From contig CAZOVB010000003.1 in NCBI GenBank assembly GCA_964583095.1, forward strand, positions 562 through 64,561: a stretch of DNA of 64,000 bases, in the 5' to 3' direction. The position numbers and the translations under genes are program-made. Source of the stretch: an uncultured Planctomycetaceae bacterium (GTDB lineage Bacteria; Planctomycetota; Phycisphaerae; SM23-33). Of the stretch, positions 27,771 to 39,750 are shown one piece after another (positions within the stretch are counted from its first letter, which is position 1; each line of letters begins with the position of its first letter). The notes under the pieces are model-generated. The model did not search any database and had not been told where the DNA came from. It saw only the letters and a program-made list of their open reading frames with translations.

Positions 27771-28670
27771 TCAGGCGTCGGTCTCGATCGCCCCTGCCCC
27801 CGTGAGCAGGGCGCAGACGACTTGGGCCATCGTCAGCAGATCCAGGACATTGTGGTGGAGTACATCGGCGATCTGCCTCGCGTTGCCGCTTTCTACAAAA
27901 CTGTGATAGGCATCGGGGATCTGCGCTCCGGGAATGTCGCCCCTTCGCAGGCGCCCGCAGAGGCACCGCTCCAGTGTCTGGAGTTTGCAGTTGGGCAGGC
28001 CCCCCTTCCATCGCCTCCGCGAAGCGTGGAGCAGGTCCAGATGCGGCGGATCCCGCAAGGGCAACTCCACTGCGTGAAAGGCCGAGCGTTCCCGGATCAT
28101 GTTCAGGTCGAACGACTTGCCGTTGAAGGTCACCAGCACCCCGGCCTGGTCGTATCGGTCGGCAAAAGCCTGAAGGATCGCCCCCTCCTCGCTGTAGTCC
28201 CGGGCGAGGAACTGATCGAAGACCAGGGCTCCATCCTCCCACTGCATCAGCCCCACCAGGAAGATCGGACAGCCCGAGAACCCGCAGGTCTCCAGGTCCA
28301 TGAAGAGCAGATCGGCGCAGTCGGCGTTTGCCACGTGGCACAGCTCGGCCGAGGCTTCGAGTTCATCAAAGCGGTGGCGCGCCCCCTTGAGCACCGAGCT
28401 GTACTGCTTCTCGATGCTGCCACCCTCGGCGTCGATCTTCTGCAGCTCGCGGCGGACCCGCCAGAAGGCCCCCTCGCCCAGGGGCGTTGTCAGGCGATGT
28501 TCGATCCCTTCGCACGCCTGGGCCAGCTCCAGCGGAGCCAGCGGATCTTTCGGGGCCTTCGCGCTTGACCCGACACCCTTGAGCACATCCTGCGCTGCGG
28601 GCAGGTCCCCCCGGGCGATGCGACGGGTGAGCATCTCGAGCTTGCGTTTTCGGCTTGGGGACATGGCCAT
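27771..28670 (-). CDS. RNase-H-like 3'-5' exonuclease-fold protein (YprB/RNase_H_2-like)
   Basis: The exonuclease motif I is ...LLFMDLETCGFSG... (DxE). The start is taken at MAMSPSRK, with the RBS GGTGAGAG upstream; the ORF extends a further 28 codons upstream to 28754. Confidence 0.5.
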   Translation of the reverse strand: MAMSPSRKRKLEMLTRRIARGDLPAAQDVLKGVGSSAKAPKDPLAPLELAQACEGIEHRLTTPLGEGAFWRVRRELQKIDAEGGSIEKQYSSVLKGARHRFDELEASAELCHVANADCADLLFMDLETCGFSGCPIFLVGLMQWEDGALVFDQFLARDYSEEGAILQAFADRYDQAGVLVTFNGKSFDLNMIRERSAFHAVELPLRDPPHLDLLHASRRRWKGGLPNCKLQTLERCLCGRLRRGDIPGAQIPDAYHSFVESGNARQIADVLHHNVLDLLTMAQVVCALLTGAGAIETDA

Positions 28671-28832
28671 GGCTCTCACCTCTGATCCCCCCAGGTCGGG
28701 GACGGCGAACCGGGAGCCCGAATGCGAAGATCCGACAAAAGCGGATTGTACCATGTCGCCTGCCGGCGACCAAACAGATCCCTGATATAGCCCGGCAGAA
28801 GGTCAAATGGAGAGCTCTGGCTGGGATCGGGC

Positions 28833-29282
28833 TCAAAGCGCGGGTTCGGGATCGTCGGCAACGGCGAGACGCTCGACCTCCTCCAGGACACGGGGCAGGT
28901 CCAGGCAGCAGAGAAGCAGGTCCCCCCAGGTCGTGAGGCTCTCGACCAGCGGCTCGATGCGGGCGGGCAGTTGGCCCGACGGGATGTGCCTGTCCTCAGG
29001 CTCTGCCGCTACGACATCTCCCGTCCTGTCGACGAGAAGCCCGGCCTGGACCTCATCGCACTCCACAACCACCACCGCCCTGCGAGGCGAGTCGGTTTTC
29101 TCCAGGCCCATCATGCCCGACAAGTCCAACACGGGCAGAAGGCTGCCGCGCAGGTTCATCAGGCCCGAGATCACATCGCTGCATGGAGGAACGGGAGTCA
29201 ACGGGCCCGGACGCAGGATTTCCCGGACGTGGTGGACGCGCAACCCGAACCATTTGCTGCAGATACGCACCAGAAGCATGCC
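28833..29282 (-). CDS. CheW-like coupling protein
   Basis: ...[22 protein letters not shown]...[18 protein letters not shown]... matches the CheW domain consensus. The start is taken at the internal Met (MLLVR); the ORF continues upstream to 29366. Confidence 0.6.
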   Translation of the reverse strand, partial: GMLLVRICSKWFGLRVHHVREILRPGPLTPVPPCSDVISGLMNLRGSLLPVLDLSGMMGLEKTDSPRRAVVVVECDEVQAGLLVDRTGDVVAAEPEDRHIPSGQLPARIEPLVESLTTWGDLLLCCLDLPRVLEEVERLAVADDPEPAL

Positions 29283-29627
29283 ATTGTCGGGCCGGATATC
29301 CCCGGGGGCGATCTGCCGGTTCGGCTGGGATCGCTGGATTCTTCTTTGCAAAGGCCTGGGACGCAATGGATTCTCCCGTTTAGGGCAAAATCGCTGCCTG
29401 CCAACAGAGTATTCTCATCGGTCATCCCGGGGGCCAACTTGTCCAGGAAGCCTGTTGAGCCGGCCGGCCCCGCAGGGCGCAAAGCTAGTCAAGTCGGGGG
29501 GTCTTTGGGACGATGTAAGGGCCGTATAGATGGAAATACTCCAAAGGGCACCGAGCTTCTGAGTATTGGCGTGGTCTCCCCCTGGCTTCGCAGTCTCGGA
29601 AGACAGGCACCGTCAAGGGGCACCACG

Positions 29628-32374
<2,747 letters not shown>

Positions 32375-32387
<13 letters not shown>

Positions 32388-34003
32388 TCGCCGAAGACGA
32401 CCGGATCTCGCGCCAGGCGCTGGATTCGCTGATGAAAAAATGGGGCTATGACACCGTCTGTGTCGAAGACGGACTGGCCGCCTGGGAAAGACTCCGCGCC
32501 CCCAATGCGCCCAGACTGGCCATCCTGGACTGGAACATGCCCGGCATGAGCGGGCTGGACGTCTGCAGGCACGTCCGCGAAGCCCTCTCGGGCTCCTATG
32601 CCTACCTGATCATGCTCACCGCGCGCGATCGCAAAGAGGACATCGCACAGGGGATCGAAGCAGGGGCCGATGATTACATCATCAAGCCCTTCGACGCAAA
32701 GGAGCTTCGGGCCAGAATCCGCGCAGCCGAGAGAATCCTCGATCTTCAGCAGGAACTGCTGGGGGTCCAGTCCTCCCTGCGGTCTTCCCAGGCGGAGCTT
32801 TCGGCCATCTTCACCAGCGCCCCCACGGCCATCCTGGTCATCGACAAGGACATCCTCGTTCGCAATGCCAATCCCGCGGCTACCCAACTGGCCAACCGAT
32901 CGCTTTCGGAGATGATCGGACGCAGGCCCGGCGACGCAATGGGGTGCGAACATGCCAGGAATCTCGGCTGCGGAAACTCGCCGGCCTGCGAGATGTGCAG
33001 GCTGCGAAGCATCGTCAGTGACCTGGTCGCCAATGGCTGTCCGCATCATCGCGGGGAGGCCTCCCTGCTGAGAAAAGAAGGCGCAAGCCTCAACCAGTAT
33101 TTCTTCCACGTGACGTCCTCACCCCTGCGGGTCGGCGGAGAAGAGATGGCCCTGCTGTGCCTGGAGGACATCACCCAGCGAAAGGCCGCCCAGCGCGAAC
33201 TGGAAATCCTCAACGAGACCCTCGAATCCCAGGTGCAGGATCGAACCGAGAAGGTCCAGCAACTTCTCAAGCAGAAGGACCAGTTCGTCAATCAGCTCGG
33301 GCACGACCTGAAAACCCCCTTAACGCCCCTGGTGGCCCTGCTTCCGATGCTCAGCAAACGCATCGAGGACCCCAAGTCCCAGGAGATCCTCACCGTGACG
33401 ATGGACAACGTCCGCTATATGCGGCGACTGGTCGAAAAGACCCTCAGCCTGGCCCGGCTGAACTCATCGGCCGTCCAGTTCGACATGGAACCGATCGATC
33501 TGCTCACCGAGTCGCGAAACATTGTCGCCTCGATGGGGCCCATCCTCACAGAGAATCAATTGCACGTGGAGAACAACATCACCGAGCCGACGGTCGTGTT
33601 GGCCGACCACATCCACCTGCGCGAGGTCTTCCACAATATCATCTCCAACGCAACCAAGCACACCCCGCCCGGCGGGACGATCACCCTCAGCGCCTTTGTC
33701 GGCGAGCAAGACATGATCCACGTGGCCATTACCGACACAGGCTGCGGGATGAACGCCGATCAACTCGATCGCATCTTCCTGGAGTTTCATAAGGCCGACG
33801 AATCGCGGCATGACCGGGGCAGCACGGGGCTGGGGCTTTCCATCTGTCAGTGTATCATCCAGCGCCATGGGGGGCGCATCTGGGCCACCAGTCCGGGGAT
33901 CGAAGAGGGAACCACCATCACCTTTACGCTGCCTCCCCCCCACAGGGCGGGGCAGGACCTTTCAGACACTCAGCAGCAACAGGCACAGGAGAACCAGACA
34001 TGA
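32375..34003 (+). CDS. response-regulator / histidine-kinase fusion (REC - PAS - HisKA - HATPase)
   Basis: Starts [14 protein letters not shown]...[12 protein letters not shown] (a receiver domain), overlapping the upstream stop by 13 nt. A PAS domain, the H-box (…[12 protein letters not shown]…) and the ATPase G-boxes (TGCGM…GLGLSICQ) follow. Confidence 0.8.
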
Positions 34004-34377
34004 CCGCCCGAATACTGACTGTAGACGACGATCCTTCCATCCGGACGACCGTCGGGATGGTCCTGGAAGAGGCCGGCATAGAAGTCGAATTCGCCTCCAG
34101 CGGCCCCGAAGCCATCGAGAAGATCCAACAGGGGTTCAGGGGCCTGATCCTCCTGGATATCATGATGCCCGAGATGGATGGATGGCAGACGCTGGACACC
34201 ATCGTCCAGAAAGGCCTCTACCCGGGCAACGTTGTCTGCATGCTCACGGCCGTGCTGGACCCGGGGCCGGAAATGGAGTCTCTCAAGGAATTCGTCCTGG
34301 ATTACGTCCGCAAGCCCTTTACCCCCGAAGAACTCGTCGCCGCCGTAGAAGACGCACTGAGCTACTGCCTCGCCTGA
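34000..34377 (+). CDS. receiver (REC) domain corresponding to the CheB N-terminal domain; it ends at an in-frame UGA followed by the methylesterase domain
   Basis: [17 protein letters not shown]...LILLDIMMPEMDG...KPFTPEEL has the canonical receiver-domain residues. The ATG at 34000 sits within ATGA, overlapping the previous stop. Confidence 0.75.
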   Translation: MTARILTVDDDPSIRTTVGMVLEEAGIEVEFASSGPEAIEKIQQGFRGLILLDIMMPEMDGWQTLDTIVQKGLYPGNVVCMLTAVLDPGPEMESLKEFVLDYVRKPFTPEELVAAVEDALSYCLA

Positions 34378-34413
34378 CATCCCGCTCCCGCATCCAGATG
34401 GAAATCGATTGAT

Positions 34414-34989
34414 ATGAGCCTTAACCTGGTCCTGCTGGGCATCTCCACCGGTGGCCCGAAAACCTTACGCAAACTCGTGCCCAACCTCGGACGCCTCAAT
34501 GCGGCCGTGGTCCTGGTTCAGCATATGCCCAAGTTCATCAACCAGTCCGTCTGCAAGACCCTTGCAGAGTCTTCCGAGATGGACGTTTACCTGGCCCGCG
34601 ACGGCCAGAAGATCCAGACCGGGGGATTTTACGTAGCCCCCAGCGAAGTCCATCTGAGCCTCTCTGCCAACAACAGCATCCAGCTCCAGGGCGGCCCGAA
34701 GGTCTGCTTCGTCTGCCCCTCGGTGGATGTCATGATGAAATCCGTCACCCGTTCCAGCGGCAAGATCCTTGGAGTGGTCATGACCGGCATGGGCAAGGAC
34801 GGCGCGGAAGGCCTGGCCCATCTCAAGAGCATCGGAGCAGAAACCATCGCACAGGACGAGCAGAGCAGCGTGATCTGGGGCATGCCCGGCGCGGCCGTGG
34901 AAATGGGCGTCGCCGATCACGTCCTCGCTCCGGAAGATATCGCTCAGTTGATCCGGTCCCGGGTGGGCGTGGCACCGGTGGCGGCCTGA
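34414..34989 (+). CDS. CheB-type protein-glutamate methylesterase catalytic domain (no receiver domain on this ORF)
   Basis: GISTGGP (Ser nucleophile), VQHMP (His) and MTGMGKDGAEG (Asp) together form the CheB catalytic triad context. It is in the same reading frame as the upstream receiver ORF, separated by one TGA and 12 sense codons. Confidence 0.8.
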   Translation: MSLNLVLLGISTGGPKTLRKLVPNLGRLNAAVVLVQHMPKFINQSVCKTLAESSEMDVYLARDGQKIQTGGFYVAPSEVHLSLSANNSIQLQGGPKVCFVCPSVDVMMKSVTRSSGKILGVVMTGMGKDGAEGLAHLKSIGAETIAQDEQSSVIWGMPGAAVEMGVADHVLAPEDIAQLIRSRVGVAPVAA

Positions 34990-35102
34990 GAAAGCTGCCA
35001 CCTCGGACACCCGCCCCGGGCGGTCAAAAGCAGGCCGGCACAGACGTCACTTCCCCCGCAGCCGAAACTGCAAATCCCCTGCCGAGATGCCCGCACCTTT
35101 GA

Positions 35103-35210
35103 TCAGCCCATCTTGCGGAAATCCTGCACGATCAACGCAACAGGTCCCAAGGCGACCATCCCCAGCACGCTTACGCACATCAGGACGTATCCAAGCAGTC
35201 TGAGTTTCAT
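35103..35210 (-). CDS. candidate 35-aa hydrophobic small protein, absent from the ORF track because it is under 60 aa
   Basis: The minus strand reads GGAGGG-N6-ATG, then MKLRLLGYVLMCVSVLGMVALGPVALIVQDFRKMG, then a stop. It has a strong RBS and a single TM-like helix. Confidence 0.3.
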   Translation of the reverse strand: MKLRLLGYVLMCVSVLGMVALGPVALIVQDFRKMG

Positions 35211-35486
35211 TTCAGGCCCTCCAAAAGCCTATCCCTACGGTGTAACATCCCATGCCCGGCCTCCTCCAGGCCAAGCATGTGTTATTGTAGCCCCAAAGCG
35301 CGTTTCTGTGGCAAGCGTTTTGTCAAGAAATCCACATTTTTACGTAAACCCCTTTCCTCGGGGATGTTGACGCCCTGTCCGCCCTGACTTTCCCGCACGT
35401 TTTCCGACCGGAAAAGGCAAAGACTCTTTGAGACCCCGGGGTAGAAATTGCTTGTAAACGCCGCCCGGTTTCGACAGGCTCGATTC

Positions 35487-36260
35487 ATGATGAAACGCGC
35501 CTCTCCATGGTTGGTGTGGTTGTTGACGGCCCTGCTCTGGGCCGGGGGCTGCAAGACCCCTGAACCGGGCCCCGAGGCCCTGGCTGTCCGGCAGACCCGC
35601 ACCTTTCTGGACCGGGGGGGACGGATCGACGCCCCGCTGGAATCCGGCTCTTCCAGGCTGCACGAGGCCTGCAGGAAGGGCTACGCGCGATGGGCGCGTT
35701 TCTGCCTCGAAGCCGGGGCCGACCCCGACAGGCCCGACCCGGCCGGAAGCCGTCCTGTGCATATCGCATGCTCCAGCGGGGACTTCCAGACCCTCAAGGT
35801 TCTCCTGGAGTACCAGCCGGACGTAAATGCACCCGACAGTCGGGGGCGGGCCGGCCTGCACCGGGCCCTGGAGTCCAGGAACTGGCCCGCAGCGAGGCTC
35901 CTGCTCATGGGACGTGCCCTGCCCTGTCGGGCCGATCGCAAGGGATACACCCCCCTGCACCTGGCCGCTGAACAGGGCCCCCCGGACATTCTGGCCAAAC
36001 TCCTTCGCAAAGCCCCCCACTGCGTAGATGCCCAGGATTCCCAGGGCCGGACGCCCCTGATGTGCGCCGCTGCGGAAAACCGCCCCGAGGCCGTCCACCT
36101 CTTGCTCCAGGCCGGGGCCGATCCGGACATCCTTGACGCCCGGGGGCGAACAGCCGCCATGCGCAGCTCGCTGCCGGCCATTCACGAAATGCTCCGGTCG
36201 ATACCCGATGGGTCCAATTCCGCCACGGAGCAAAATGATTCACTCCAAAACGCCGATTAG
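35487..36260 (+). CDS. ankyrin-repeat lipoprotein
   Basis: Signal/lipobox MMKRASPWLVWLLTALLWAGGC. At least four ankyrin repeats follow (…GSRPVHIACSSGDFQTLKVLLEYQPDVNAPDSRGRAGLHRA…GYTPLHLAAEQG…GRTPLMCAAAENRPEAVHLLLQAGADPD). Confidence 0.75.
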   Translation: MMKRASPWLVWLLTALLWAGGCKTPEPGPEALAVRQTRTFLDRGGRIDAPLESGSSRLHEACRKGYARWARFCLEAGADPDRPDPAGSRPVHIACSSGDFQTLKVLLEYQPDVNAPDSRGRAGLHRALESRNWPAARLLLMGRALPCRADRKGYTPLHLAAEQGPPDILAKLLRKAPHCVDAQDSQGRTPLMCAAAENRPEAVHLLLQAGADPDILDARGRTAAMRSSLPAIHEMLRSIPDGSNSATEQNDSLQNAD

Positions 36261-36335
36261 GTATTGAACAGCCGAAAAAGTTGGCTATAGTACTGAATCC
36301 CCCAACGCCGGAACGCTTCCGGCTGGGGCCAGTTT

Positions 36336-36408
36336 GGCCCCATCGTCTAGTGGCCTAGGACACCGGGTTTTCATCCCGGCAACCGGGGTTCGAGTCCCCG
36401 TGGGGTCA
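36336..36408 (+). tRNA. tRNA-Glu (anticodon UUC)
   Basis: GGCCCCATCGTCTAGTGGCCTAGGACACCGGGTTTTCATCCCGGCAACCGGGGTTCGAGTCCCCGTGGGGTCA. The acceptor stem is 7 bp with one G·U pair. The D-loop TCTAGTGGCCTAGGA is typical of tRNA-Glu. The anticodon loop tTTTCAt gives anticodon TTC. The T-arm is GGTTCGAGTCC. No CCA is encoded. Confidence 0.85.
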
Positions 36409-36412
36409 ATGG

Positions 36413-36451
36413 GTGCAGGTCCGTGCTCGCGCATGGGCCTGCACTTTTTTT
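36413..36451 (+). terminator. rho-independent terminator downstream of tRNA-Glu
   Basis: GTGCAGGtCC...GGgCCTGCAC forms a stem, followed by TTTTTTT. Confidence 0.6.
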
Positions 36452-36482
36452 CTGCGCAAAGCAAACTGAACCCGGCCTCGGC

Positions 36483-37235
36483 TCAGGAAGCGCTGGCAAT
36501 GGCCGATGCGATGGGGTTGAGCACCTGGGGAATCACCTGCCGGGCCACGAGGTCCTCGCACATTTCCACCTGGTCGGCGAAGGCCTGCTTCATTTCAATA
36601 AGATGACCCGGGCGTGCATAGCGTCGAATCGTGAAGTAGATGCTGATCGGCTCGTCGTCGTAGTTGCCCGTTCGAACCTGGTAGCTGTTGCTGCGAGTCT
36701 CCAGCGAAAGCCGGGCCTGGAGATAGCAGTCCTCATCCAGTGCGATTACGACGCTGGGCTCGCACTCGACGCACTTTTCCGAGCCCTCACTCAGAAGCGA
36801 CGAAAGCGGCGCGCCGGAAAACAGCGCCTGGGCCACGATGGCATCCCGGTTGCCCCGGTAGTCCATGTTGAAGCCCATCAGCACATCCAGCGCGTCGATG
36901 TCCAGCGGGCTGACGCCCAGGAAGTACACGCTCCTGTCCAGAAGCCAGGTATGGAGCCGCTGAGCCTTGGCCAGCTCGGGCGGATTGAAGTAGCCGGCCG
37001 AGAGACGGTGAGCACTGAGTTCCATCCAGCGATAGCTGCCGCTCTCCCGGTCGCCTTCGAGCACGAAATCTCCGCTCTCGCGCTGGTAGAAGGCCGTCAT
37101 CGACGGAAATTCCTTCTGAACCGCTTCGCAGAAATGCAGCAGCGACTCCCGGCTGTTGGGCAGGGCGAGAGTGGTCTGGAGGTTCAAATTCACGAAAAAA
37201 TCATCAGCGAGTCCGCTGAAATCGGTCGACATCAT
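36483..37235 (-). CDS. hypothetical protein
   Basis: A 250-aa ORF with balanced amino-acid composition, whereas the overlapping plus-strand ORF is Arg/Gly/Ala-rich antisense-like. No recognisable motif is present. Confidence 0.45.
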   Translation of the reverse strand: MMSTDFSGLADDFFVNLNLQTTLALPNSRESLLHFCEAVQKEFPSMTAFYQRESGDFVLEGDRESGSYRWMELSAHRLSAGYFNPPELAKAQRLHTWLLDRSVYFLGVSPLDIDALDVLMGFNMDYRGNRDAIVAQALFSGAPLSSLLSEGSEKCVECEPSVVIALDEDCYLQARLSLETRSNSYQVRTGNYDDEPISIYFTIRRYARPGHLIEMKQAFADQVEMCEDLVARQVIPQVLNPIASAIASAS

Positions 37236-37341
37236 TCACTCCGTGGAGCTGGCTTTGGATTAACCCTTGTCAACCTGCACTATACCCGCGCATTGAGAGC
37301 CTTGCAACCGCGCGAAACGCCCGGCCGCGACTGTTTCGGGC

Positions 37342-38265
37342 CTATCCGGGCTTGTCCTTCTTGTTGCGCACGGTGAGCCGGGGCGCCTCGCCGGCCACAA
37401 GCGAACCGGCCGAGATGCTCTCCATCACAAACGTGTTGCCCGCGATCGTCACGCCCCGCCCGATGACGGTATCTCCGCCCAGGATGGTGGCATTGGCGTA
37501 GATGGTCACGTTATCCTCGATGGTCGGGTGGCGTTTGAGGCCCTTGATGGCCCGGCCTCGCTCGTCCTTGGGGAAGCTCTTGGCCCCGAGTGTCACGCCC
37601 TGATAGATCTTCACGTTGTCGCCGATCTCGCTCGTCTCGCCGATGACCACACCGGTGGCATGGTCGATAAAGAACCGCTTGCCGATAGTGGCCCCCGGAT
37701 GAATGTCCGTACCGGTCAGGCTGTGGGCGTGCTCGGAGATGATCCGCGGCATCAGGGGTACCTCCAGCTCGAACAGCTCGTGGGCGATCCGGTGGAGTGT
37801 CACCGCGTAGAAGCCGGGGTAGCAGTAGACGATTTCGTCGATGCTTCTCGCGGCGGGGTCCCCGTCGTAGGCCGCTTCGGCATCCAGGGCCAGCACCTCT
37901 CGCAGCTTGGGGATCCGGGCCAGGAACGCCCCGGTGATCCTCTCGGCCCGCTCGCGGCACTGCTCACTGGAGACTCCCTCGCAGTCTCGGGCGGCGTGGA
38001 AGCAGTGGTTGATCTGCTCGGAAAGCCCCCGCCCGATACGGTTGAGCAGTTCGCCCAGGTGGTAGCGGACGTTCTGCATGTCCAGTCGCTCATCGGTGTG
38101 GAAGCCCGGGAAGAGCACGCGCCGGATCTCGCCGGTCAGGGCGACGATTCGCGCGTTGCTGGGCAGGGCCTGATGCCCGATGCGGTGGGTCGCCTGGCTG
38201 CGGCGGTAGCTTTCCAGAATCGGTTCGAGCAGATCGGGCAGGTTTTCACTCCAGGAATCATTCAT
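37342..38265 (-). CDS. cysE: serine O-acetyltransferase
   Basis: The C-terminal hexapeptide left-handed beta-helix reads ...[37 protein letters not shown]...[19 protein letters not shown].... The SATase N-terminal helical domain is present. The start is taken at MNDSWSEN; the long upstream ORF extension is a GC-bias artifact. Confidence 0.8.
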   Translation of the reverse strand: MNDSWSENLPDLLEPILESYRRSQATHRIGHQALPSNARIVALTGEIRRVLFPGFHTDERLDMQNVRYHLGELLNRIGRGLSEQINHCFHAARDCEGVSSEQCRERAERITGAFLARIPKLREVLALDAEAAYDGDPAARSIDEIVYCYPGFYAVTLHRIAHELFELEVPLMPRIISEHAHSLTGTDIHPGATIGKRFFIDHATGVVIGETSEIGDNVKIYQGVTLGAKSFPKDERGRAIKGLKRHPTIEDNVTIYANATILGGDTVIGRGVTIAGNTFVMESISAGSLVAGEAPRLTVRNKKDKPG

Positions 38266-39434
38266 CGTTTTCGGGCCTTGGGCAGTGCATTGGGCAGTTG
38301 ACGTTTCATCTCGTCGAAAAAGGAGACGCGGTCTTCGGCGTACTTTTCCGCTTCCAGCGGTTCGATAATTCCCTGCCGGACCAGCATCACCAGGCTGCGT
38401 TCCATTGTAGTCATCCGCTCGGAAGGGACATCCTTGGTCTTGGTCTGCATGTGGGAGTAGATCTGCTCCAGCTTGCGAAGGCGGATGAGATTGCCCACCG
38501 CATAGCTGTTGGCGAGAATTTCCATGGCCACCACGCGCCCCTGACCGTCGCTTCGAGGCACGAGCTTCTGGCTGATGACATATTTGAGTCCCAGGGAAAG
38601 CTGCGAGGAAACCTCGTCCTGCCGGGTCGGGGGGAACATATCCAGAATCCGGCTGACGCTTCCCCGGGCATCTCGCGTGTGCAGGGTAGAGAACACCAGG
38701 TGCCCCGTCTCGGCTGCGGTGAGCGTCCAGGCGGTGGACTCCACGTCGCGCATCTCGCCGACGAAGATCACGTCCGGGTCTTCCCGAAGGCAGTCGCGAA
38801 GCCCCCGGCTGAAACTGGGCACGTCGCGTCCCATCTCCCGCTGGGAGATGATGCCCTGGTGGCTCTGGAGGCGATACTCGACGGGGTCTTCTAGGGTGAT
38901 GATCCTGCAAGGCCTCTGGCGGGCGATCCGGTCGATCAGCGAGGCGATGGTCGTGCTCTTGCCCGCGCCGGTCACGCCGGTAATCAAAACCAGGCCCTGC
39001 TGCATCTGGATGATGTCCTCCCAGATGCCGTTGGGAAAGCCGATTTCCTCCACCGGCGGGGGCAGGCCCTCCAGGGCACGGACGGCGATGCAGGGGCCAT
39101 CGTTTTCGTAGAAGATATTCAGGCGGTAGTGCATCTGCTCGGTCGTCGCGGAGGTATCGACGCTTCGGTCCTGTTCAAGCGCCTCCAGTTCGGCCTCGCT
39201 GAGAAACACGCCGATCATCCGCCGGAGAATCTCCCCGGTCAGGGGCTCACCCTCCATCGGCTGGAGCCTGCCGTCGGTTCGATAGATCGGGGGCAGCCCC
39301 ACCTTCAGGTGCATATCCGAGACGCGCATGGACCCCCACTGGACAAAGGTATCCAGCAGGTCCACGAGGCTGAGCATCCGGCCCGGCTCGACGGGATAAA
39401 TCGGACTTTCCAATGTCAGTCTGGAGCTTTCCAT
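38262..39434 (-). CDS. PilT/PilU-family ATPase, an orphan copy outside the main pilus cluster
   Basis: [18 protein letters not shown] (Walker A), ...[21 protein letters not shown]. The start is taken at MESSRLT. The stop overlaps the cysE start by 4 nt. Confidence 0.75.
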   Translation of the reverse strand: MESSRLTLESPIYPVEPGRMLSLVDLLDTFVQWGSMRVSDMHLKVGLPPIYRTDGRLQPMEGEPLTGEILRRMIGVFLSEAELEALEQDRSVDTSATTEQMHYRLNIFYENDGPCIAVRALEGLPPPVEEIGFPNGIWEDIIQMQQGLVLITGVTGAGKSTTIASLIDRIARQRPCRIITLEDPVEYRLQSHQGIISQREMGRDVPSFSRGLRDCLREDPDVIFVGEMRDVESTAWTLTAAETGHLVFSTLHTRDARGSVSRILDMFPPTRQDEVSSQLSLGLKYVISQKLVPRSDGQGRVVAMEILANSYAVGNLIRLRKLEQIYSHMQTKTKDVPSERMTTMERSLVMLVRQGIIEPLEAEKYAEDRVSFFDEMKRQLPNALPKARKR

Positions 39435-39750
39435 GGCCTGTTCCCTTGCCTCCCTCCGGGGGGGCAGAATGTCCACAATACCCGCCTGGGCACCGCGGAA
39501 CAAGCCGCGCTTTGGCCGGGCCGGCAGCGGGCGTCGAAAAATAGATTTTTCAGCAATACCCCCCGGGCCATTCCGTTATCTTGTAGGTAGGCCAAACGGC
39601 GGTCCCCCTGCGCCCGCAGGCGCCGTGCCCACATCCATGCAGAGAGAGAATCGCGGGACCGTTCGCGAGAGAGATTCCAGGCAGCACAGACAACCCTCAG
39701 CCTAGAGCCAAGCAAGGCTGTGGGGAAGATGTTCAGGAAAGGGAATCACC

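Noticed and set aside
28971-29627. The 5' 657 nt of the 1138-aa ORF, upstream of the hybrid-kinase start
   Set aside because: It overlaps the CheW-like gene on the opposite strand. Its translation is Arg/His/Gln-rich nonsense. The real start is the ATG at 29628, where the TM/PAS protein begins.
36423-37376. A 317-aa plus-strand ORF overlapping the tRNA terminator region
   Set aside because: It has Arg/Ala/Gly/Val-rich antisense composition. The minus-strand 250-aa ORF has a balanced composition.
38266-38910. The N-terminal 215 codons of the 522-aa minus-strand ORF containing cysE
   Set aside because: This Pro/Arg/Gly-rich extension is antisense of the PilT-like gene's frame neighbourhood. 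CysE homology starts at MNDSWSEN.
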